From contig SHMW01000019.1 of the NCBI GenBank assembly GCA_008080735.1, forward strand, positions 33,624 to 55,634: 22,011 nucleotides of DNA. Reading direction: 5' to 3'. The notes under the pieces are model-generated. The model saw only the letters and a program-made list of their open reading frames with translations, searched no databases and was not told the origin of the DNA. The position numbers were made by a program, and so were the translations under genes. The stretch is from Promethearchaeota archaeon (GTDB lineage Archaea; Asgardarchaeota; Lokiarchaeia; Sigyniarchaeales; SOKP01). This document shows, one piece after another, positions 1 through 8,288 of the stretch (the stretch's first letter is position 1; each line of letters begins with the position of its first letter).

Positions 1-44
1 AGAAAAAATACTATCTAATTTAATTATTTTTAATATACTCTAAG

Positions 45-1334
45 ATGAGCAAAGAAAAATTAGCTCGAAATTTAACAATTAGTGTTTTCCTTATTTCTTT
101 AGCCGGTGAAATTGCTTGGGCGGTAGAAAATCAATTTTACAATGATTTTCTTAGTGTAACTTTAAATGAAATGGGATCACCAAAGTTAGTCCCTATTGCT
201 GTTGCGCTTTTAGTAAATATCACAACAATTGTAGGGACAATAGCTACGATAATCATGGGTTCATATAGTGACGTAAGAGGAAAGCGCAAACCACTGCTTT
301 TATATGGTGTTATTTTTTGGGCTATCACAACTGTTTTATTTCCTTTGAGCGCCTTATTTTCATTTCTCGGAGCGGGAATCGTCATATTAACGGCAATTCT
401 TTTCGACTCAATAATGACTTTTTTTGGAGCTACAGTAAAAAATGCCGGATTAAATGCATACGTAACTGATATAACGACTCTTAAAACCAGACCTAAAGCA
501 ATGGGAATAGTACAAATAACTGTATTAATCTCATTTCTCATAGTTTATGGTGCGTTGGGTATTCTCATTGATTATATAGGTTATTATCTATTCTTCATCA
601 TAATAGGAATACTTGTTGGTTTTATTGGATTACTAGGAGTTAGAAACACCGAAGAATCTCAAGATTTAAGACCTATGAATATTTCAGCCTATCAACATAT
701 AAAAAATACCTTTAAAAAGCAATCATCTGTTGATTACAAAAATTTTTTGATTGTACTTTTAATTATATGTGCTTGGCAAATAGGGTTAAATATATTTTTC
801 CCATATCTATTAATCTACCTAAGATATACTGTTGGAGGAGGTAAACTTACTCTTGGATTAGTGATTATGCTAATCGCAATTGGAGTCTCAATTATTCTTT
901 CCTTACCATTGGGAAAATTAACTAATAAATTTGGACGTAAAAGAATGACCTTGGTTTCGACCCTGTTATTTAGTTTAGGAATCTTTTTATTAGGATTGTC
1001 TCAAGAAATAGTTTCCTTGATTTTAGCAGGCACTATTACGTTTATTTTTTATACTGGTCTTTCAATTAGCACCTTCACTTGGGTAAAGGATTTATATCCC
1101 GAAGAAGGGAGGGGGCAATTTAGCGGATATTGGAATCTATTTTCTGGGACTATTCCAATGATAATTGGTCCAATAATAGGTGGAACGGTTTATTTCTTAT
1201 TTGGTATAGAAGCGATATTTGAAGGTGAAGAGGTATTAATTCCTCCAGATTTATTATTTTTTATTGCAGCTTTGGTAACTTTAATAACATTGATTCCCCT
1301 TTTCTTCGCGAAGGAATTAAACACCGAGAAATAG
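45..1334 (+). CDS. Major facilitator superfamily transporter (probably sugar/glycoside-type)
   Basis: 429 aa with about 12 hydrophobic segments. MFS motif-A-like loops in both halves (GSYSDVRGKRKP; GKLTNKFGRKR). N-terminal IAWAVEN motif. Confidence 0.9.
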   Translation: MSKEKLARNLTISVFLISLAGEIAWAVENQFYNDFLSVTLNEMGSPKLVPIAVALLVNITTIVGTIATIIMGSYSDVRGKRKPLLLYGVIFWAITTVLFPLSALFSFLGAGIVILTAILFDSIMTFFGATVKNAGLNAYVTDITTLKTRPKAMGIVQITVLISFLIVYGALGILIDYIGYYLFFIIIGILVGFIGLLGVRNTEESQDLRPMNISAYQHIKNTFKKQSSVDYKNFLIVLLIICAWQIGLNIFFPYLLIYLRYTVGGGKLTLGLVIMLIAIGVSIILSLPLGKLTNKFGRKRMTLVSTLLFSLGIFLLGLSQEIVSLILAGTITFIFYTGLSISTFTWVKDLYPEEGRGQFSGYWNLFSGTIPMIIGPIIGGTVYFLFGIEAIFEGEEVLIPPDLLFFIAALVTLITLIPLFFAKELNTEK

Positions 1335-1352
1335 AAGATGGTGATACTATTC

Positions 1353-1361
1353 TTTTTTTTT
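1353..1361 (+). terminator. Possible archaeal oligo(T) terminator after the MFS gene
   Basis: T9 run 19 nt after the stop codon, in a convergent intergenic gap. The AT-rich background weakens the call. Confidence 0.3.
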
Positions 1362-1415
1362 AAAATATTTAATTATTAGAAAGATATCGAAGAAAGATTA
1401 CATTATACAATTAGA

Positions 1416-2720
1416 TTAATCTGCGCTTGGGATTTTGTGTAAATTTCGTTTGTTTTTAGTTTTTGGCTTCTCTTCCTTATTCTGTGATGATTCCGTATTT
1501 GGGTTTTCTTTTATTTTTTCAGAACCCTTTTGGAGGATTTCGACAGCATCAATCGTCTCATTTTTTTGATTAAAATATAAACGGAATAAATGAGTATCTA
1601 ATACAATTATCTCTTTTGGGACCTTTTCCACTAAGTTCCAGTCCGTTTCAATTTGTTCCTCTCCGAATACTTCTACTTTCTTTGAAATCGCACCATATAA
1701 CTTATGACCAACAATCAAATTTTCTCTCCTATAACCTTCGGGGATTTCTACATTCAAGATCTTATCAAAAATAGTTCCTCCCTCATCTGGCAAGTTAATT
1801 GTACTTTTTTCCATTTTGGAGGGGGTGCTGCTACCTTCTGATTTTAATATTTCAATACCTTCCACCATCCCGGCATCCTTATCCAAGTATATTCTAAAAA
1901 TATAATTTTTTAAGGAGTAAATCCCGTCAGGAAGTTTGGAGATTCTTTCCCATTCTTGCTCCTCAATATCTTCTCCAAACACATTGGTTATTTTTGAGAT
2001 GGCTCCGTATAGAGTTTTTCCTACAAGTAAGTTTTGTATACCATAATTTTCTGGAAGATCTTGTTCTAAGATTTTTTCAATGATTTGTTTAGCGTCAAGG
2101 TGTTTCTTACTCTTTGCTCTCGAACTTGAACGTCCTCTAGGAGGGCTATAAGGTTTTTTAGCTCTACTGACTGAAGCTGATGTTGAGGAAGGTGAACCAG
2201 TAGGTTTTTCAATCTCTGCGGAAATATCAACACCTTTTCTTTTGAGCTCTTCTAGAGCGGGTGAATAATATTCTTCCTCTTTTTCTGATTCGCTCCCAGT
2301 GTCCTCGACCACTTTTCCTTTTGGTCTAGTGGTATCTTTTTCAATGTTCCGAATATACCTCATATCTTGAGGTCGTTCTTTTACCTCCATTGATTCTAAA
2401 TTGAACGTACTTAAAAACTCAACTGGTTCATCTCCTTGATCCACTGATACAATTTTACAGCGATGAAATGCTGCTTCTTTCTGAAGCTCCTCTTGAAGAG
2501 AACTAGCTACCCGAGAACTGATAAATCGTTTTCTCACAGGTGATTTTACACCCTTCCATATGAAGATTCTGCGTACATCTTCCTTTACGATAACGAATAC
2601 TTGTTCGGGAGCAAGAATAGATTGTAAATCGCTCTCATCTACATCAATCCTCTGTTTTTCTCCGCTGTCGAGAAGCTCGAATACCATAAAAAAATCGTAT
2701 TCTTCGTTAAGATCTGACAT
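1416..2720 (-). CDS. Gelsolin-homology-domain protein (Asgard-type) with two copies of an uncharacterised ~81-aa C-terminal domain
   Basis: The N-terminal ~100 aa match the gelsolin repeat pattern (VFVI...IFIWKG.KS...K...S...A..L...KIVSVDQGDEPVEFLSTF). An MRYI motif and a Ser/Pro/Lys-rich linker follow, then a clear internal duplication. Start placed at ATG 2720 rather than TTG 2732. Confidence 0.8.
   Translation of the reverse strand: MSDLNEEYDFFMVFELLDSGEKQRIDVDESDLQSILAPEQVFVIVKEDVRRIFIWKGVKSPVRKRFISSRVASSLQEELQKEAAFHRCKIVSVDQGDEPVEFLSTFNLESMEVKERPQDMRYIRNIEKDTTRPKGKVVEDTGSESEKEEEYYSPALEELKRKGVDISAEIEKPTGSPSSTSASVSRAKKPYSPPRGRSSSRAKSKKHLDAKQIIEKILEQDLPENYGIQNLLVGKTLYGAISKITNVFGEDIEEQEWERISKLPDGIYSLKNYIFRIYLDKDAGMVEGIEILKSEGSSTPSKMEKSTINLPDEGGTIFDKILNVEIPEGYRRENLIVGHKLYGAISKKVEVFGEEQIETDWNLVEKVPKEIIVLDTHLFRLYFNQKNETIDAVEILQKGSEKIKENPNTESSQNKEEKPKTKNKRNLHKIPSAD
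1530..2084 (-). repeat. Intragenic domain duplication in the gelsolin protein (aa 217-297 = nt 2084-1842; aa 321-401 = nt 1772-1530)
   Basis: Ungapped hand alignment gives 34/81 identical residues, including LYGAISK, VFGE, W, FRxY and EIL. Confidence 0.9.
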
Positions 2721-2891
2721 TTTTCCGATCAATCACAGAATGGTTGTTTAGCAAAAATTATTTGTTTATTATTATTTTTATAAAACTTATGCTTTTTATT
2801 ATTATTCTTTTAGCAAGAATATCTTATTTGAAATCAAAAAAAAAATTATATTGCAAAATATCACAAATATCTATAATTGTTTTTATCCCAA

Positions 2892-3584
2892 TTAATTTGT
2901 GTCATGCAATACATTGTCTATACTAAGCACGAATCCAAGCAATATTCTCCGGTCTGTTTCATTATCCAAAATTTTAAGTGCATACGTGTCTTTAAAATCT
3001 AATAACCCATCAAGGAATACATCTCTCCACCTATCAGCTTTTTCCACTTCAGCAACAATCTTACCCGAACTCAAATCTTTAATTTTATAACTCCACCCCA
3101 TGAACTTACCCTGTGCTTCATACCATCTCTGACCGTCTGGTCCTTCCAAATAAAATTTTGGTCTAAAAAAGGACAGAATCTTTTTCTTTATTCGGGCAAT
3201 CATATTTTCTTGAGGATCCTTTAAGTCTTGAGCCCCTCGGGCAGAAATTAATTTAGCATGAATGGTTGCTGCGATGGTTCCATCGACTTCTTGTAATTCC
3301 ACCTTTTTTCGTATACTGAATATTTTTCTATGCATCCGCCCGATTACTTTATTGTCTTGATCGAGGATTTCTCCGCTCCCCCAATCCCAATATCCTTCCT
3401 TTAAGATATAATAATTTCTATTAAGATCAAAAAGACCTCCATCTGAATGATAAGGAAGCTCTTGATTGGATTGAGCCACTTTTTGTTGAGGTTGAGCTTT
3501 TTCTCTTTTTAAAGATCCCCCACAATGCTCACAAAAATTTTGCCCTTCATCTATTACTTCTTCTCCACAATTAGGACAATACAT
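2892..3584 (-). CDS. Zinc-ribbon + LURP-one-related/scramblase (tubby C-terminal-like beta-barrel) protein
   Basis: N-terminal CPNC-x11-CEHC zinc ribbon. Repeated 'I.D..g..ig.i.kK.fs' beta units (EILDQDNKVIGRMHRKIFS; ARIKKKILSFF; AQGKFMGWSYKI). C-terminal DTYAL...DRRILLGFVLSID hydrophobic helix typical of the LOR/YxjI/scramblase fold. Confidence 0.8.
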   Translation of the reverse strand: MYCPNCGEEVIDEGQNFCEHCGGSLKREKAQPQQKVAQSNQELPYHSDGGLFDLNRNYYILKEGYWDWGSGEILDQDNKVIGRMHRKIFSIRKKVELQEVDGTIAATIHAKLISARGAQDLKDPQENMIARIKKKILSFFRPKFYLEGPDGQRWYEAQGKFMGWSYKIKDLSSGKIVAEVEKADRWRDVFLDGLLDFKDTYALKILDNETDRRILLGFVLSIDNVLHDTN

Positions 3585-3717
3585 CTCTTTAATTCACTTT
3601 CCATTTAAGTTGATTATATTTTTGAATATTCTTTTAATAAGATATGAAAAATATTCTAATAAAAACCTTTCAAATCAATTGAGAAATTTTTAAATTTTGG
3701 AATGTATAAGTATTAAT

Positions 3718-4506
3718 ATGTCATTAGGAGAAAGATTAATTGATTTACTTAAGTTAAAGGATTATATCACCATCACAGGCACTTCATTAGGATTACTTGC
3801 GCTGATTTTTGCCAGTATTGGAGGTCGAGCCGGCATTTCTTGGGGCTTCTTTTTTATAGCATTTACAGTTGCCACAGATTTACTCGATGGATATATCGCT
3901 CGCAAAACTAATACGGTAAATGAAATCGGTATTCAATTAGATTCATTAAATGATTCCCTCACATTTGGGATTGCTCCTGCAGTACTCACATTTCTTGCAT
4001 TTAGAACGGGTGAATTATACGACATTTTTTTAATTATTGGAAGCATTATTTTCACATTAGGAGGTATCTTGAGACTAGCGCGCTTTAATATTTCTAAATC
4101 AGAAGGATATACTGGAATCCCAACTCCGATGAGTGGATTAATACTCTTGAATTTTTTTTACGGGAATTATTTTTATGCTGTATTTGAATCTGGTGGAGGA
4201 GCAGCTGCAATTGCATATCCGTTTCCTTCCCTCTCGATTTATATCATTCCATTTCTTATGATTTTCATAGGTTGGACGAATATTACAACATATATCAAGT
4301 TTGGAAAAAAAGGGAAAAAGGTATATATTTTATTCTTGGTATTTGCCCCACTTTGTCCTATATTCGGAATTATTGGAATTCTTAATCCTACGCCCATAGT
4401 TGGATTGAGTGTAAGTATTGTTTTTTTCGTATTTGTTAGTCTTTTAGTCGGTTATATATTTTTTGGACTTTTTAGGACATTAATAAAGAAAATTAGGAGT
4501 GACTAA
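3718..4506 (+). CDS. pssA: CDP-alcohol phosphatidyltransferase, type II phosphatidylserine/archaetidylserine synthase-like
   Basis: Signature DLLDGYIARKTNTVNEIGIQLDSLND (DxxDGxxAR...GxxxDxxxD), plus the PssA-type motifs FGIAPA and LRLARFN...GIPTP. Multi-pass membrane protein. ATG 3718 preferred over TTG 3697. Confidence 0.8.
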   Translation: MSLGERLIDLLKLKDYITITGTSLGLLALIFASIGGRAGISWGFFFIAFTVATDLLDGYIARKTNTVNEIGIQLDSLNDSLTFGIAPAVLTFLAFRTGELYDIFLIIGSIIFTLGGILRLARFNISKSEGYTGIPTPMSGLILLNFFYGNYFYAVFESGGGAAAIAYPFPSLSIYIIPFLMIFIGWTNITTYIKFGKKGKKVYILFLVFAPLCPIFGIIGILNPTPIVGLSVSIVFFVFVSLLVGYIFFGLFRTLIKKIRSD

Positions 4507-4593
4507 ATTACGAATTTTTCGATTAAAAAATCACTCTCAAAAAATCATTATTTATATAAACATAACTAAGAAAAAAGTTGCCTCCTCAATTGA

Positions 4594-6591
4594 TTAGAAT
4601 AGTCTATTCTTCCATTCCTCTATTTTATTGAATATTTGTTCCTTTTCTCCTCCACTTAACACTCCTCTCGCATTTTTATAATCATTAATCGTTCTTCTCA
4701 GATCATGAAGAGTTACAGAAAAACCACGTTTTTCTAAAATTAAATCGGCGATTTTTTCTAATGATTGAGCAAAAGTTTGCCCCGTAAGCTCGTTTAATTT
4801 TTTTAATAATGAGTTAAAGGCAGTATTTATCTCCATGCCAACGGAATCGTCAGGCTTAGGTGTAATTTTCGACTTAAAATCTTGGGCTATCCCTAATCCT
4901 GAGACCTGCGGCTTTTTTTCTTTTTTCATTTTTTCTCTGTCGTTTTTTTCTATGGACGTCTTTAATTCATTCCCTATTTTTTCTGAGAGTTTTTCCTCGC
5001 CCTTGGGTTTTGTTTCTATGGTCTCCAGCTTTTTAGACCTTTCTAAGTCTGTCTGTCTAAGGTTTGGACGACTTTGTTGTGTATGAGATTGTGTATATTG
5101 CTTAGTTTTAGTTGGAGTGGGTGCTGGTGTGGGGCTGGATCTCATTGGTTTTTTAGGAACACCCCCATAATCAGGTTCTGCAGCAGACCATACATTATAT
5201 AAAGCCTTCTGAAAGAGTTTAACCAATTTAGAATTATTAATTCCAATTCCAGTAAAGTTATCTAAAATATCTTCTGGGTCTTGATCAATAAATCCCATAA
5301 AAAGCAAATCCTCGTCGGATTTGAGTCCTATAAAGTTTTTATTTTCATAATTTCGAAATTCCAAATTTTCAATACTTTTTAACTTCATAACTTTACTATT
5401 TACATGAGGATCCGAACTAGCTATTCGTATTCTAAGATTTTTGGGAAGATCTTCTAATAAATCGTTAGATAAATAATCTTTAAGATTTGGAATGATAATA
5501 ATTAATTCTGACGTGGAATTATGGATTGCATTTATAATATGCTCGTTTATAAGAGTAGTAGATTTTATTTTCCAAATATATTCATTTTTTAAGTCTTCTG
5601 TTTTTAGCGCAATCTGCCTATAATTTGACAAGGCTCTCAGAATAGGCTGATTAAGATTTGCTATTTGATCAACAGAATTGCTAATGATTATATTTAGTTT
5701 ACTAAGAATCGTATTTTTCAAAGATTCAATGTTCGGGTCTAAATTATCTTTTTTTTCTTTAATTGATTCACCCAAACGTTTCATTTTCATCTCAAAGCTC
5801 GAAAGAAGATTTAAGAGTAACATTTTAAAATCATTTCTTTGTTGAATTGATGCATTCAGTATTGGTTTTAAAGAAACTTGGTCAAATTCTCTTTCGATTA
5901 AACTTGTCACCCTATTGGTGAAATCTCCCACCGTTTTGTCTACTTTTGCATCAAATACTTCTTCTACAGCCTCAATGACTACTTCTTCTCTCTTTTTAAG
6001 ATTTAGGTCTTGTATTTTACTAATAATGTCTTTCCTCAACTGCCCAATAATTTTTACTAAATTTCCGAATTCAGTTTGAGTAATACCCATGATTCTTTTT
6101 TGGAGTTCCGATACTTCTGTCTCAATATCTTTGATGTTATCCATCTCTTTGGCTATATCTTCAGCATCTTTCTTCTGCAATAGACTATCTTCATCAAAAT
6201 CTTTTTTAATGTCTTTAAAATCATTATAAATACTATCTAACTCTAATTTATTTTCATTTTGAAAGATCTCACCGACAGATTTTACTATAAGGTTCTGAAT
6301 AGCGTTTTTAATATCAGAAAAGCTACTTTCAATATTACTATAATAATTCAATATAGGAGTTATCGGAGGAACCGCATAATATGACTTTAATTTCTTTTTA
6401 TTCTCAGTTTCAAGTGTTATAATGAGTTTATGTTCATTTAATTCTTCCAAAGTATCATTAAAAGTGTTATTTTCAATCTCGGGAAGAATTGCTTTCAATT
6501 CATAATATGTATGTGGTATATCTCCTAATACTTTTAAGTAAATATTTATCGCATTTTCGCTTAAACCTAATTTTTTAAGAAATTCTTTCAT
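4594..6591 (-). CDS. TrmB-like winged-helix + long coiled-coil + degenerate PLD-like domain + C-terminal helical domain protein
   Basis: N-terminus LKKLGLSENAINIYLKVL...YYAVPP matches the TrmB wHTH. aa ~80-335 are amphipathic helical. aa ~338-470 (IWKI...INAIHNSTSELIIIIP...IRIAS...EFR...W) resemble the PLD-like/effector domain of TrmB. A low-complexity linker and an ~80-aa helical C-terminus follow. Confidence 0.65.
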   Translation of the reverse strand: MKEFLKKLGLSENAINIYLKVLGDIPHTYYELKAILPEIENNTFNDTLEELNEHKLIITLETENKKKLKSYYAVPPITPILNYYSNIESSFSDIKNAIQNLIVKSVGEIFQNENKLELDSIYNDFKDIKKDFDEDSLLQKKDAEDIAKEMDNIKDIETEVSELQKRIMGITQTEFGNLVKIIGQLRKDIISKIQDLNLKKREEVVIEAVEEVFDAKVDKTVGDFTNRVTSLIEREFDQVSLKPILNASIQQRNDFKMLLLNLLSSFEMKMKRLGESIKEKKDNLDPNIESLKNTILSKLNIIISNSVDQIANLNQPILRALSNYRQIALKTEDLKNEYIWKIKSTTLINEHIINAIHNSTSELIIIIPNLKDYLSNDLLEDLPKNLRIRIASSDPHVNSKVMKLKSIENLEFRNYENKNFIGLKSDEDLLFMGFIDQDPEDILDNFTGIGINNSKLVKLFQKALYNVWSAAEPDYGGVPKKPMRSSPTPAPTPTKTKQYTQSHTQQSRPNLRQTDLERSKKLETIETKPKGEEKLSEKIGNELKTSIEKNDREKMKKEKKPQVSGLGIAQDFKSKITPKPDDSVGMEINTAFNSLLKKLNELTGQTFAQSLEKIADLILEKRGFSVTLHDLRRTINDYKNARGVLSGGEKEQIFNKIEEWKNRLF

Positions 6592-6743
6592 TCTGGATCC
6601 CTAATCTACAAAATTCTCTCAAATATATAAAAAAACATTATTTAAATATAGAAAAATACACTATTAATCTTTTTGGATAGAAAAAAACATTTAATTACAT
6701 TCTTATTTATTTTAATTAGTAATTGGAAAAATGGGATTGAGAT

Positions 6744-8153
6744 TTGTCGGTAAAAAAAATTGAAGAAGTCATATTCTATCTTGACCTAACCAAAAATTAT
6801 GTAAAAAAAAAGGATTTACTCAAATTATTCGAAAATTATATAGAAAAAAGAAAGGAAGTCAATAGAAACGGAAAATTTGGACTCCTTCTTTTTGATAATG
6901 AGGATTCTCCTATTTTTACCAGTCAAAAAAATAGTTCAATGGAGATAAACAAAATCATTGATGAAAGCTGGGAATCACGTTCAATTAGAAAATCCTTTTT
7001 TGAAAAAGGATTATTTTATATCCTTTCTTATATAACTGAAAGTATTAGGAAGCGTCCAAAAGCATATAGGATTATTATTCTTTCAGATACACCAAGCGGT
7101 CTTTCAGAAGATTACCAAAAATCGCTCTTTGATTTAGTCTCCAAGGTTAAATATTTCCCTACATTTATAGATATTATTAGATTATCGAAAGAAAAAAAGC
7201 GATTTTTTGATGATGAGGTTAAACTAAACATTCTGGTGTCGGATACAAAAGGAGGGATCTTTTATGTAAAAGATAAAAAAGAATTAACCGCAACCTTCAA
7301 TAAATTGATCAATCCTAAAGACCTGGTAAATACTTTTAGACATAAACCAGATCAGATTGAAATTTCGAACGAAGATTTAATGTTCTATAGCAATCTGGCT
7401 AAAACCTTAAAAGAGCCTTTAAATAAGGAAAATCTTGTTTGTTATTTATGCGATAACGAAATTTGCCCTGTGTGTGCTGATGTATATGATATCCCTATGA
7501 AATGCACAGATTGTGGAACAGCATTTCATAGTTGTTGCGTTTTAGATTATTCAATTGATAATAATATTGGAATTCCCTTTATTTTCAGATGTCCAAAGTG
7601 TGGAAGGCTATTAAAACTTCAAAAAGAAGTTATAAGAATGCATAATAAAGGGATAAATCAAGAGGATCAGATAACTGAGAAAGATTCTCCGAAAAAAATG
7701 CAACAAAAAGTTAATCTAGATAGAGTCAAACCCCCAGAACCCTTGGAGTTTAAAAAATGGGAAAGAGGGAGTCAAGACCGAATAATAGATGAGAAGGATG
7801 AAAGAAATGCTAAATATATACGAATTGGGGGTTTTTTTGGAAAAACTTATAAAGTTATAGAAAAAGAAGGTAAAATAGTTTATGAAAAATCAATAAAGCC
7901 CTCCAAATCTAATAATAACCATTCGGCATCAGAAAGCCATTTTGACCATCCTAAAACTGGAAATATCTCTTCAAATGCAAGTTTGAAAAATCCTACCAAA
8001 CCAAATCAAACAAGATATTGGAAACCGAATCTTGAGAGTAATATTATCCAAACAAAAACCAATAATAGAAAAAAATTAAAACTTTGTCCTATTTGCGGCA
8101 AATCACTCCCAAATGGAGTAGATCGCTGTTTATATTGTGGTAGTAAAATATAG
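6744..8153 (+). CDS. vWA domain + Cys-rich PHD/RING-like zinc finger + C-terminal zinc ribbon protein (paralog A)
   Basis: vWA strand pattern VIFYLD, FGLLLF, RIIILSD, IDIIRL, TKGGIFY. Zinc region C233-C286 (nt 7440-7601). C-terminal CPIC-x10-CLYC. TTG start. Confidence 0.75.
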   Translation: MSVKKIEEVIFYLDLTKNYVKKKDLLKLFENYIEKRKEVNRNGKFGLLLFDNEDSPIFTSQKNSSMEINKIIDESWESRSIRKSFFEKGLFYILSYITESIRKRPKAYRIIILSDTPSGLSEDYQKSLFDLVSKVKYFPTFIDIIRLSKEKKRFFDDEVKLNILVSDTKGGIFYVKDKKELTATFNKLINPKDLVNTFRHKPDQIEISNEDLMFYSNLAKTLKEPLNKENLVCYLCDNEICPVCADVYDIPMKCTDCGTAFHSCCVLDYSIDNNIGIPFIFRCPKCGRLLKLQKEVIRMHNKGINQEDQITEKDSPKKMQQKVNLDRVKPPEPLEFKKWERGSQDRIIDEKDERNAKYIRIGGFFGKTYKVIEKEGKIVYEKSIKPSKSNNNHSASESHFDHPKTGNISSNASLKNPTKPNQTRYWKPNLESNIIQTKTNNRKKLKLCPICGKSLPNGVDRCLYCGSKI

Positions 8154-8288
8154 ATTACAACTAGGATACATATAATTGAAGTTTCGATTTGATTAAAAAT
8201 AAATAAGAAATCTATTTTATTAGTTTTAGATTAGTTTCTTAAAATAGATGGAATTTAGAATTTTTAATAACAGGTAAAATCATATCTC

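Noticed and set aside
2744-2926. 60-aa hydrophobic ORF between the gelsolin and LOR genes
   Set aside because: Its F/I/L/K composition is what AT-rich intergenic DNA yields. It has a non-ATG start and overlaps the gelsolin upstream region and the LOR gene end.
3624-3656. GAATATT...AATATTC inverted repeat in the LOR/pssA divergent gap
   Set aside because: Almost entirely A/T with a long spacer, so expected by chance here.
5180-5580. Active phospholipase D/nuclease or type I PssA domain
   Set aside because: No HxKxxxxD catalytic motif is present. Only the fold pattern is suggested.
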